From an uncultured bacterium (GTDB lineage: Bacteria; Margulisbacteria; WOR-1; CAVSGV01), in NCBI GenBank assembly GCA_963768305.1, contig CAVYHE010000011.1, forward strand, positions 1 through 21,902: a stretch of 21,902 bases of DNA. The letters are read 5' to 3'. Each line of letters starts with the position of its first letter. Position 1 is the first letter of the stretch. Positions 8,344 to 18,010 of this stretch are shown here, in pieces. The notes beneath the pieces are model-generated. The model made no database searches and was not told the origin of the DNA. It saw only the letters and a program-made list of their open reading frames with translations. The position numbers and the translations under genes are program-made.

Positions 8344-9592
8344 ATGAGGAAAAAAAGTTTAGTAATTATTTTGATCTTATTGACCGTAGTATCGATATTC
8401 ATTATTAAGGATGTCAAAAGGGCAAGATCGGCGGATGACCTGGAGTCAAAACTCAATATATACCTCGAGGTCCTGGACTCGGTTAAGAACGATTTTGTCG
8501 AAAAGGACCTGGATAACACAAAACTGATGTACGGCTCGATAAGGGGACTGCTGAATTCACTGGACGACCCGTATACCAGGTTCCTGGAACCGACCGCTTA
8601 CAAGGAAATGAAGTTGAGGCTTTCCGGCTCTTATTCGGGCATAGGCATTTATATAGGGATGAAAGATAAGCAGCTCATAGTCATTGCACCCATAAAAGAA
8701 ACACCCGCATGGAAAGCGGGATTAAAGCCAAAGGATAAGATACTTGCCATTGACAGCAAGCCGACCATGGACATGGCGCTGGATGAAGCCGTAAGCCTGA
8801 TAAGAGGGCCCAAAGGGTCCATAGTCGACCTGTCCATATTAAGGGGCGACGCAAAAGATCCGACAAGCTACAAGATCCCGAGGGAAAAGATCGTGATAAA
8901 AAGCGTTGAAACGCAGATTTTGGAAGGGAATATAGGATATATAAAGCTCAATACTTTTGAGAACGAGAACGCGGCCCAGGACATGGAAAAAGCCCTTCAT
9001 TATATGCTTAGGCAAAGGGTGAAAGGATTAATACTTGGATGTAAGGAACAACGGAGGCGGCCTTCTTCAGAACGCGATAGAGATAGGCAGCATGTTCATG
9101 AAGGACGGGGTAATTGTTTACACGATCGACCGCGACGGGAAAAAAGAGACCATCAGCAGCACCGGCAACCAGATATGGGACAGACCCGTTGTCATGCTGA
9201 TAAATGAATCCAGCGCGTCAGCTTCGGAGATCCTTGGCGGCGCACTCCATGACAACCAGAAAGCAGTGCTGGTGGGGACCAATTCATTCGGAAAAGCATG
9301 CGTACAGAACGTGAAACAGCTGGAGGACGGTTCCGCCATACTCATCACGATCGCTAAATATCTCACTCCGAACGGGACAGATATAACAAAAAAAGGCATA
9401 ACGCCTGATTACATTGTGGAAATACCGACGGCTGAAGCGGACGCCGCGCTGGAAGCGCAGGAAGGGCAGGCTGATCCGGTGAAAGATCTCCAGCTTAATA
9501 AGGCCGTTGAGGTCATGAAAACAATAATAACCGGCACGGGCGAGATGGAAAAGATCATGGCGAGAAGGGTCAGTGCGGTTCCGATTAAATAG
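8344..9592 (+). CDS. ctpA: Carboxyl-terminal processing protease (S41A, PDZ domain), frameshift near 9037
   Basis: LDDPYTRF, YSGIGI, PDZ region, GLILD-VRNNGGGLL across the shift, SASASEI and GTNSFGK; RBS AAGGAGG. Confidence 0.92.
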
Positions 9593-10472
9593 GATAAGTT
9601 GGAAAGCGTTAAGAAGGAACGATGAGTTGTTTTTTAATGTCGGCTTGGCCGTTATTTTGATCCTGTTTTTCGCGCTTCTTTTGTTGATATTATTATCTGC
9701 GATCAGGTTCAAGGTCTTTCTGGGAGAAAACCTGACAGTTGAGCAGAAGCAGGCCGTTAAACATGAAAAAGCTTTTAAAATAAAGGTCCATTTTTTCAGG
9801 CGGGCGCCTGCCAGGGTGGCAATAATATTGGATGATGCCGGCGGAAACATTCCGGATTACAATGCTATTTGCTCGATCAAGGAGCCGTTGACCATAAGCG
9901 TGCTTCCGGACATGCCCGGATCTGAAAGAACGGCAAAGGCGATGTCGGACGCGGGTCTTGAAGTGATGCTGCATCTTCCGATGGAATCCGTGAACGGCAG
10001 TTACAGGAGATCGGGCGGCGGAATGGTGAATACCTCCACCAGCGACCAGGAGATAAAAAAGATAATGCTGGAAGACCTGTCCAGCGTTAAATGGGTTGCC
10101 GGGGTCAATAACCACATGGGATCAAAAGCGACGTCCGACGAAAGGGTAATGAAGGATGTGTTAAGCGTTTTGAAAGGCACAGGCCTTTATTTCATAGACA
10201 GCAGGACCTCTGAAAAATCCGTGGCATACAGAACAGCCAGGGAAATGCATGTTCATACCGCCGAGAACAATGTTTTCCTGGACGGCGAGACAGAGCCGGC
10301 ATACGTGGCGGAAAGCCTGAAACGCCTTGTAATGATGGCAAGGAAAAAAGGCAGCGCGGTCGGAATAGGCCATGCAACAAGGCCGTCAACTATCAGGATG
10401 CTAAAAGAACTGATGCCGGAGTATGAAAAACAGGGCATCGAATTCGTCTACGCATCGGAGCTTGTTAAATGA
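9573..10472 (+). CDS. Divergent polysaccharide deacetylase family protein (YibQ-like); start uncertain
   Basis: N-terminal TM helix; AIILDDAG, EVMLHLPME, GVNNHMGS, FIDSRT, NVFLD and GIGH motifs; known envC-ctpA-yibQ neighbourhood. Confidence 0.9.
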   Translation: MRFRLNRISWKALRRNDELFFNVGLAVILILFFALLLLILLSAIRFKVFLGENLTVEQKQAVKHEKAFKIKVHFFRRAPARVAIILDDAGGNIPDYNAICSIKEPLTISVLPDMPGSERTAKAMSDAGLEVMLHLPMESVNGSYRRSGGGMVNTSTSDQEIKKIMLEDLSSVKWVAGVNNHMGSKATSDERVMKDVLSVLKGTGLYFIDSRTSEKSVAYRTAREMHVHTAENNVFLDGETEPAYVAESLKRLVMMARKKGSAVGIGHATRPSTIRMLKELMPEYEKQGIEFVYASELVK

Positions 10473-11560
10473 AAGAGTTAGAAGTTATGAGTTATGGGTT
10501 AAGAGTGCAAGATATAAGTAAAAAACTATTATTGATCTGTATTCTTAACTTTTTACTCTTAACTCTTAACTTTTCACTCTTAACGCTTAACTTTTCTTTT
10601 GCTGCAGAGATCGATCCTGCGGCATACGTCATCGGTCCAGGCGACACACTGGAAATACATGCATGGAACAATGAGAATCCTGACATATTGATAGTAAATC
10701 CCGCGATAACAGCGCAGACCCAGACAATCGTAACTACCAGTCCCGTCGATACGCATTCTGTCACTGTCTCAAGGGATGGGAGGATATATGTCCCGCTTGT
10801 CGGCGTGATAAAGGTGTCCGGCATGACCACAAAAGGTCTTGAGGACCTTATAAAAAAAGGCCTGCATTCATTCACTCCGAACGCGGAGGTCACCGTTCTC
10901 ATAAAATCGCCGAAGCCCGTAAGGGTCTATATTATCGGGGAAGTCCAGCGACCGGGGCTTTACGGCGTTCCGGACGGCGCGCCGGAAGAATGCGGGATCA
11001 TTAATTTTATCAATCTGGCCGGCGGGTTCACGCCTTATGCCCAGCTGGACCAGATAACGGTGAAAAGGAACAAAGATTCATTCATTGTTGATTATTACAA
11101 AGCCGAAAAAGACCGCGATATCGCGCAGAATATCATATTAAAGGATGGGGATACGGTCGTTATCCCTCAAAAATTCAACCAGATATATGTGCTTGGTTAC
11201 GTGATAAAGCCCGGACCGGTAAGATATATTGACGGCGCGAATTTAGCTGATTACATCGGGAATGCAGGCGGATTCACCAGGTTCGCTGCTATGGACAACA
11301 TCGGCATTATCAGAGGAGATCCCGCGAATCCAACCGTGATAAAAGTGCAGGGGAATCCGCTTAATTCATGGAATGGCGGCTCCCAGAACCTGAAGATATT
11401 TCCGGGAGATATAATATATGTCCCGCAGTCCTGGTTCGCGGATTGGAACGACATGTCCGCGATCCTGATAGGATTCAGGGATTCCAGAAATGCCATCAGG
11501 GACATGGTATCCAGCCCGCAATGGGATGTTAACGAAGACAGGAATTATACAGCACCATGA
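10469..11560 (+). CDS. Polysaccharide export protein with SLBB domains (Wza/GumB-like)
   Basis: YVIGPGDTLEI...DGRIYVPLVG (Poly_export) and SLBB repeats VYIIGEVQRPG...AGGFT and IYVLGYVIKPG...AGGFT...PGDIIYVP. Confidence 0.88.
   Translation: MKELEVMSYGLRVQDISKKLLLICILNFLLLTLNFSLLTLNFSFAAEIDPAAYVIGPGDTLEIHAWNNENPDILIVNPAITAQTQTIVTTSPVDTHSVTVSRDGRIYVPLVGVIKVSGMTTKGLEDLIKKGLHSFTPNAEVTVLIKSPKPVRVYIIGEVQRPGLYGVPDGAPEECGIINFINLAGGFTPYAQLDQITVKRNKDSFIVDYYKAEKDRDIAQNIILKDGDTVVIPQKFNQIYVLGYVIKPGPVRYIDGANLADYIGNAGGFTRFAAMDNIGIIRGDPANPTVIKVQGNPLNSWNGGSQNLKIFPGDIIYVPQSWFADWNDMSAILIGFRDSRNAIRDMVSSPQWDVNEDRNYTAP
10475..10593. repeat. Two inverted heptamer arrays: GAGTTAN x4 (10475-10502) and TTAACTY-like x7 (10545-10593)
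   Basis: GAGTTAG AAGTTAT GAGTTAT GGGTTAA ... TTAACTT TTTACTC TTAACTC TTAACTT TTCACTC TTAACGC TTAACTT. Confidence 0.85.
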
Positions 11561-12516
11561 ATGAAGAGTTGAATATTCTTGATTATATAAAAGTTATCCG
11601 CAAGTGGAGAAAATTCATTATTTCCTTCACCTGCGCCGCGGTCATTTTAACGGTGCTTATCTGTCTTGTAATGCCGTGGACATACAGAGCTGAAGCTACT
11701 TTAATCATTCCTTCTCAAACTGGCAAAGGGCTGGAAAGCCTGATGGCATTTTCTACCATAGCATCGGGGACGAACATAAACATGCCTCCCGACCTCACAG
11801 ATACCAGTTTTGATATGGCGAAGAATTTTTCCGATATTCTGAAGAGCAGGACAATGTCCGAAATGCTCATAAGCGGCCTCGATCTGAAAAAATATTTCCA
11901 TTTCCGGACCAGGGAAAAATTCATATCCATGATCCAGAAGAAAATTAAGGTCAAGGAGCAGAAAGGATTGCTGAAGATAAGCGTGGATGACAGGAACGCC
12001 CGGCTTGCCGCGGACATGGCAAATTATGCAGTTGCTTCACTGGATAAATTCAACAAGAAAAGCAATATGCAGTTCGCCGGAAGAATGAGGAAGTTCCTGG
12101 GAGAGCAGCTGGCGGAATCCAAACTGGATATCGACGACGCGGAAGCGAAACTCAAAAAATTCGAGACCCAGACGCAGATGGTGAAGATATCGGAAAGGGA
12201 ACTGCTTCTTCAGCAATTATTAAGGGACGTAAAAGTAAAAGAAGAAATATATGCTACACTTATGGGAGAATATGAAAAAGCAAAGATCGACGAAGTCAAG
12301 GAAGAGCGTTTCTTCGAAATACTGGACCCGGCTTTTCCGCCGATCCATCCGTATATACCTAAACCGTTCCTTTATTCTATATTAGCGATCGTTCTTGGGG
12401 GATTTTGCGGGACATTTCTTGCTTTCTTTTTTGAATATCTGCAAGAACTGGGCGTGAGCGTCCCGCAGATAGATTATGAAAAGGAGATAAAATGGGCGAA
12501 CAAAAAGAAACCTTAG
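11557..12516 (+). CDS. Polysaccharide chain-length determinant / co-polymerase (Wzz/GumC-like)
   Basis: EELNILDYIKVIRKWRKFII plus TM1, YRAEATL, ILKSR, coiled coil, ILDPAFPP...PKP plus TM2; no kinase domain. Confidence 0.85.
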   Translation: MNEELNILDYIKVIRKWRKFIISFTCAAVILTVLICLVMPWTYRAEATLIIPSQTGKGLESLMAFSTIASGTNINMPPDLTDTSFDMAKNFSDILKSRTMSEMLISGLDLKKYFHFRTREKFISMIQKKIKVKEQKGLLKISVDDRNARLAADMANYAVASLDKFNKKSNMQFAGRMRKFLGEQLAESKLDIDDAEAKLKKFETQTQMVKISERELLLQQLLRDVKVKEEIYATLMGEYEKAKIDEVKEERFFEILDPAFPPIHPYIPKPFLYSILAIVLGGFCGTFLAFFFEYLQELGVSVPQIDYEKEIKWANKKKP

Positions 12517-13559
12517 ACAATATCGAAATATTAAAGGAGATAGACCGCTCAGGCATGCTCGAGCTTGTCGATAAACTTCCGGATATGATGGAAGAAGGAT
12601 GGGCTGCATCCGAATCGGTAAATCTTTCAAATCCGGTAAAGATCAATAATCTTGTGATAGCCGGAATGGGCGGGTCGGCCATAAGCGGAGATATTGTTTC
12701 CCTTGCCCTGCGTGGGAAAGCCGGTTTTCCTGTTTTCGTGAACAGGAATTATGGCTGCCCGAAATTCGTCGGAGCGGGGACATTATTCATAGCGGTCAGT
12801 TATTCAGGGAATACAGAGGAAACCATTTCATCTTTCAAAGAAGCGGTGAAAGCTGGCGCGAAGATAGTTTCAATATCTACTGGCGGAGCGCTGAAAGAGC
12901 TTTCCGAAAAGAACAGGGTCCCGCTGATCGAGATACCGAAAGGTCTGCCGCCAAGAGCCGCCCTCGGATATCTTCTTTCCGCAATCCTTGGAGTTTTGAA
13001 CAGATCAGGAGTTGGAGCTTTCAAGACCGATCTCAATGACACGATCAGATCATTAAGGCAGCTTGTTAAAAAATACGGCGCATTGAACGGATCAAGGGAG
13101 AACGATGTAAAGCAGATGGCAAAAAGATTGCAGGGGAAGACCCCGGTCATTCTTGCAAGCGAAGGCACATCGTACGCCGCCGGCATGAGATGGAAGACAC
13201 AGCTGAGCGAAAACTCCAAGATCACGTCCATTCTATCGATATTCCCGGAAATGGACCATAATGATATCGTAAATTTTTCCTTCCTTAAAAAAGGCAGCCA
13301 CAATTATTCTTTTATCATTTTAAGGGACGAAGGCGATCCGGAAAGGATGAAAAAACGGATAGAAGTGACAAAATCACTTATAAGCGGGAATGCGGGCGGG
13401 ATAATCGAGGTCTGGTCACAGGGTAAAACATCCCTTGAAAGATCGATGTCGCTCATTATTTACGGCGATTACTTATCTGTCTATCTTGCCATCCTTGCGA
13501 AGATGGATCCCACGCCGGTCGATATAATTGAAAAACTTAAAAAGGAGCTTCAAAGGTGA
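12492..13559 (+). CDS. Bifunctional phosphoglucose/phosphomannose isomerase (SIS fold)
   Basis: GMGGSAISGD, SYSGNTEET, STGG, PPRAA, RWKTQLSENSK, PEMDHND and DPTPVDIIEKLK. Confidence 0.93.
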   Translation: MGEQKETLDNIEILKEIDRSGMLELVDKLPDMMEEGWAASESVNLSNPVKINNLVIAGMGGSAISGDIVSLALRGKAGFPVFVNRNYGCPKFVGAGTLFIAVSYSGNTEETISSFKEAVKAGAKIVSISTGGALKELSEKNRVPLIEIPKGLPPRAALGYLLSAILGVLNRSGVGAFKTDLNDTIRSLRQLVKKYGALNGSRENDVKQMAKRLQGKTPVILASEGTSYAAGMRWKTQLSENSKITSILSIFPEMDHNDIVNFSFLKKGSHNYSFIILRDEGDPERMKKRIEVTKSLISGNAGGIIEVWSQGKTSLERSMSLIIYGDYLSVYLAILAKMDPTPVDIIEKLKKELQR

Positions 13560-14622
13560 AAGCGATAATCATAGCAGGGGGGCTCGGGACCAGGCTGCGG
13601 CCGCTTACATATAATATCCCGAAGCCCATAATGCCGCTGGCGAACAAGCCGTTCGTTATACATCAGATAGAACTTCTGCGGAAATTCGGCATAACCGACA
13701 TAATCCTGAACTTGCATTATCTTCCGGAGAACATAAAGAGCATTTTTGAGGAAGAAAAAAAACTCGGCGTGAACATCCAGTTCTCCATAGAAGAGAAGCC
13801 GCTGGGTACGGCGGGAGCCGTTAAGAACGCCGAAAATTCTTTGACAACAAACCAATGATCGTTTTTAACGGTGACATCCTTACGGATATTAATCTGGAAA
13901 AAATGATAAAGTTCCATAAGGAAAAGAAAGCCAAGGTCACGCTTGCACTGACAAAAGTGGAGGACCCGACCCACTACGGCCTTGTCATAACGGATAAGGA
14001 CCAGCGGGTCCTGGAATTCCGCGAAAAGCCGAGCTGGGAACAGGTCACGGTGAACACTATAAATGCGGGCATCTACATCATCGACCCGTCCATTTTTAAA
14101 TTGGCGCCTGCGGGGAAGGAATTCTCTTTTGAGCGCCAGCTGTATCCGATGCTCCTGGAAAAAGGAGAGAGGATATTCGGGTACATCACCGATGCGTACT
14201 GGATGGACATAGGGGATCCGGTCAAATACCTGAAGGCGCACCATGATATTCTTAGCGGAGATGTTATGGCTGTTATACCCGGTAACAAGATAAGCGCGAA
14301 TATATGGACAGGCGAGAATGCCGTGATCAGCGGTTCTGCGCGCGTAAGAGGGCCGGCGCTTATCGGGGATAATTCATCCGTATCGGACGACGCCGTCCTG
14401 GATGAGTTCGTGGTCCTGGGTGAAGGAGTGAAGATAGGGAATGGCGCGAAGCTCAAAAATTGCGTGGTGCATTCCAAAGTCGTCATAAAAGAAGGCGTCA
14501 AACTGGAAAGGAGCATAATCGGCTCCGGATGCATCATAGAAGAACAATCCGTTATTTCCGGCGCCGTGCTTGCCGACGGCTCCGTCCTTAAAAAAGGCAC
14601 AAAGATCGGAGGGGTCCTATGA
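13556..14622 (+). CDS. NDP-sugar pyrophosphorylase (mannose-1-phosphate guanylyltransferase-like), frameshift near 13836
   Basis: KAIIIAGGLGTRLRPLT...PKP, EEKPLGTAGA, NGDIL, YGLV...FREKP, INAGIY, YWMDIG, then a hexapeptide-repeat C-terminus. Confidence 0.9.
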
Positions 14623-15908
14623 TAAAGATATTTTCTGGAAATGAGGTGGAAAAAAGGATCCGTAAAATAATTTCGGGTGACGTATTGTTCGACAAGAAAA
14701 AAGAGGATGCAGTAAAACTTATCATTGAGAATGTTAAGGAATTCGGTGATAAGGCGCTTGTCAAATATACGAAAAAATTCGACGGCGCGGAGATCAAAAA
14801 AGATGAAATAAAGGTCACATCAAAAGAGATCAACGAAGCTTATAAAGCGGTCTCCGAAGGTTATCTTAGGACGCTGAAAACAGCCATGAGGAACATTACC
14901 GCTTATCACCAAAGACAGAAGGCGGATGAATGGTTTGAAACGCTCCCGGATGATGTGATACTCGGCATGCGGAATATCCCTATAGACAGCGTCGGGGTTT
15001 ATGTCCCCGGCGGAACGGCTTCATACCCGTCCACCGTTCTCATGAACGTGATACCGGCGAAAGTGGCGGGCGTGAAGCAGATAGTGATGGCAACGCCGCC
15101 GTCAAAGAGCGGCAAATGCGATCCGTACGTGCTTGTTGCGGCGGCGGAAGTAGGAGTGGGGAATATCTTCAAGGTCGGCGGCTGCCAGGCGATAGCCGCG
15201 CTTGCATTCGGCACCGAAACGGTCCCGAAGGTTGATAAAATAGTCGGACCCGGGAATATTTACGTGACCATCGCAAAAAAATCCGTCTTCGGCCGCGTTG
15301 GCATCGATAAGCTTGCCGGGCCATCGGATATCCTGATCATTGCCGACGAGGATTCGGAGCCGGAATTCATCGCGGCGGACATGCTTTCCCAGGCCGAACA
15401 TGATGTTGATTCCATGGCGATACTCGTCACCACTTCAATGCATGTCGCGAAACGCACATTAAAAGAATTATCCAAACAGATAAAGAAGATAAAAAGATCA
15501 AAGATCGCAAAGGGGTCGCTGGATAAGAACGGGGCCATATTTGTTGTGGACAGCCTTAAAAAAGCTGTAGAGATATCCAACAGAATAGCGCCCGAGCATC
15601 TGGAGATACTTTCCGGACCGCCGCAGAATATCCTGGAAAAGATAAGCAATGCCGGAGCTGTGTTCCTTGGCCCGCATTCGCCGGTGGTAGTGGGGGATTA
15701 CATGGCCGGTCCCAATCACGTTCTGCCTACATCCGGCGCGGCGAGATATTCTTCGCCGCTATCGGTCTATGATTTCATAAAAAAGCAGAGCATAGTAGGG
15801 TATACAAAGCCCGCCTTGAGATCAATATTGCATGACATAAAAATATTCACGGCTGTGGAAGGCCTGGACGCGCACGGCAGATCGGCGGAGATAAGGTTCA
15901 GGTCTTGA
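14619..15908 (+). CDS. hisD: Histidinol dehydrogenase
   Basis: GVYVPGG...YPSTVLMN, KIVGPGNIYV, AGPSDILI, DMLSQAEHD, APEHLE and GDYMAGPNHVLPT. Confidence 0.97.
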   Translation: MIKIFSGNEVEKRIRKIISGDVLFDKKKEDAVKLIIENVKEFGDKALVKYTKKFDGAEIKKDEIKVTSKEINEAYKAVSEGYLRTLKTAMRNITAYHQRQKADEWFETLPDDVILGMRNIPIDSVGVYVPGGTASYPSTVLMNVIPAKVAGVKQIVMATPPSKSGKCDPYVLVAAAEVGVGNIFKVGGCQAIAALAFGTETVPKVDKIVGPGNIYVTIAKKSVFGRVGIDKLAGPSDILIIADEDSEPEFIAADMLSQAEHDVDSMAILVTTSMHVAKRTLKELSKQIKKIKRSKIAKGSLDKNGAIFVVDSLKKAVEISNRIAPEHLEILSGPPQNILEKISNAGAVFLGPHSPVVVGDYMAGPNHVLPTSGAARYSSPLSVYDFIKKQSIVGYTKPALRSILHDIKIFTAVEGLDAHGRSAEIRFRS

Positions 15909-16847
15909 TTACTTCTTCTGCTTACCGAGCAATAAATAGAATATAGCCATCCTTACAGCGACGCCGTTCGAGACCTGGTCAAGTATCACATTGAACGGTC
16001 CGTCCGCCACCTCAGATGACAGCTCTATCCCGCGGTTGATAGGTCCCGGATGGAGGATTATCACGTCGGATCTGGCTTTTTTCAATCTCTCGGCCGTTAT
16101 CCCGAAAAGCTTTATGTATTCCTCTATCGACGGGAACAGCCCTTTTTGCTGCCTTTCCAGCTGAAGCCGCAGGACATTTATAAAATCCGCGTCGCGTATC
16201 TCTTCATCCAGATCATACGAGACCTTTGCGCCTGTTTTTTCTATTTCGGGCGGCATTAATGTGGGCGGCGCCACAAGCGAGACCTTTGCTCCAAGCTTAA
16301 GCAAGCCCCAGAGATTGCTCCTGGCCACGCGGCTATGCGCGATGTCACCAACGATCACGACCTTTTTCCCTTTAAGTGAACCTTTTTTCTCGCGCATCGT
16401 GTAAATATCCAGGAGCCCCTGGGAAGGGTGTTCATTCGAGCCGTCGCCCGCGTTTATTATTGACGCTTTCACATTCTCGTCCACCAGCGCCGGCGCGCCG
16501 GAAGCCGAGTGCCTTATTACCATTGCATCAACGCCCATTGCTTCTATGTTCCTGGCCGTGTCTATGAGGGTTTCGCCTTTAACGGCGGAGCTTGCGGACA
16601 TGGTCATTGATGTAGTGCCGGCAGAGAGCATTTTCGCGGCCATTTCGAATGAGGTCCTTGTCCTTGTGGACGGTTCGTAAAAAAGAAGGGCGACAGTCTT
16701 TCCATTCAGCGCGGGAACCTTTGGCACCGGCCTTTTCATTACCTCCGCCATGCCAACGGCGGTATCAAGTATCAGGTTAATATCTTCGGCAGAGAGGTTT
16801 TTCAGCCCCAAAAGGCTCTTGTGGTTCAGTGATGCATTTTTTGGCAT
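15909..16847 (-). CDS. pyrB: Aspartate carbamoyltransferase catalytic subunit
   Basis: FYEPSTRTRTSF, KGETLIDT, INAGDGSNEHPSQ, GDIAHSRVARSN, LRLQLER and HPGPINRG. Confidence 0.97.
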   Translation of the reverse strand: MPKNASLNHKSLLGLKNLSAEDINLILDTAVGMAEVMKRPVPKVPALNGKTVALLFYEPSTRTRTSFEMAAKMLSAGTTSMTMSASSAVKGETLIDTARNIEAMGVDAMVIRHSASGAPALVDENVKASIINAGDGSNEHPSQGLLDIYTMREKKGSLKGKKVVIVGDIAHSRVARSNLWGLLKLGAKVSLVAPPTLMPPEIEKTGAKVSYDLDEEIRDADFINVLRLQLERQQKGLFPSIEEYIKLFGITAERLKKARSDVIILHPGPINRGIELSSEVADGPFNVILDQVSNGVAVRMAIFYLLLGKQKK

Positions 16848-16871
16848 AATTGCTTTTAATATACGTGAGAC

Positions 16872-16900
16872 TTGATTTTAAAACTGCGGTATTATATCAT
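16872..16900. promoter_or_regulatory. Overlapping divergent promoter candidates for apbE-ackA (+) and pyrB (-)
   Basis: + strand: TTGATT-17 nt-TATCAT (16872-16900). - strand: TGATATAAT extended -10 (16899-16891). Confidence 0.45.
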
Positions 16901-16951
16901 AACTTTCACCGTGATGTAACCTGTCGCTTTTCCACGATAACGGAGGTTTTT

Positions 16952-18010
16952 TTGATAGAACATGATAATTCAAATATTTTCAGTGAACTCCCAGAAGGTT
17001 CCAGAAACATCATTTCAAATTCCGTTACAGCTGTCATTGTCATTATTCTTCTCATACTTGTTCTTTCATGCCTAAGGTCGGTCATGGCCAGATATGCCGG
17101 CGTCAGCGAAAGTACACGTGTCTTTCACACCTCGCTTGAGATAAAAGCTGTTGGCGCGAACACGGGTGAAGGAGTGAAGATCGCCTTGCGCAGTGCGGCA
17201 GAGACGGCCGGCCTCATAGATTATTATGACAGCAACAGCGATATCTCCGCGGTGAACAACATGGCCGGGATCTCGGCGGTAGCCGTTAGCCATGATGTCT
17301 TCAACCTTATAGACAATGCTCTCAAGCTGTGCAGGCAGACCGGCGGCGCTTTTGACATAACCATAGGCCCGCTCACGGACATATGGAATTTCAACAAGAG
17401 ACCGCAAAAAAATGTTCCTTCGGGCAATGAGCTCGTTTACGCCCAGCACCTGGTAAGTTACAACAATGTCCAGATGAACCCCATCAATGAAACGGTAAAG
17501 CTGCTTTATCCCGGGATGAAGATAGACCTGTCCGGCGCGGAAAAAGGGTTCGTCATATCAAAGGCGCGTTCCGAGCTCGTTCAGAAAGGGATCAAAAGCG
17601 CCATTATCAGATGCGGCTCCAGCATCGCTGTGGTAGGGGATAACAAGGGAAAACCTTGGAAGATCGGCATAAAGGACCCGTCAAACCCGCTTCATGATAT
17701 AGGATATATCACTCTTGAAGCAGGGCAGGCGGCTGCCACATCGGCGGACTATGAAAAATATTTCGTTGTCGGAGGCATGCGGTTCCACAATATCCTGAAT
17801 CCTACGACAGGAATGCCGGCAAATGAATGCAGATCGGTCACCATCATAAACGATGACGCAACACAGGCGGACATGCTTTCAAAGGCTGTCTTCGTGATGG
17901 GGCCAAAGCGGGGAATGGACTTCGTAAAAATGTTCAAAGGCATCAATGCCGTTATTATCGATAAGGACGGGAAAGTGGAGACCACTCCTACTCTCGTTCT
18001 GTTAAGGTGA
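16952..18010 (+). CDS. apbE: ApbE/Ftp family FAD:protein FMN transferase homolog (divergent)
   Basis: TTG start after GGAGG (16942-16946); TM anchor; SDISAVN, TGGAFDITIGPL, IDLSGAEKGF, PWKIGIKDP, ATSADYEKYF, ILNPTTG, SVTII and ADMLSKAVFVMG. Confidence 0.85.
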   Translation: MIEHDNSNIFSELPEGSRNIISNSVTAVIVIILLILVLSCLRSVMARYAGVSESTRVFHTSLEIKAVGANTGEGVKIALRSAAETAGLIDYYDSNSDISAVNNMAGISAVAVSHDVFNLIDNALKLCRQTGGAFDITIGPLTDIWNFNKRPQKNVPSGNELVYAQHLVSYNNVQMNPINETVKLLYPGMKIDLSGAEKGFVISKARSELVQKGIKSAIIRCGSSIAVVGDNKGKPWKIGIKDPSNPLHDIGYITLEAGQAAATSADYEKYFVVGGMRFHNILNPTTGMPANECRSVTIINDDATQADMLSKAVFVMGPKRGMDFVKMFKGINAVIIDKDGKVETTPTLVLLR

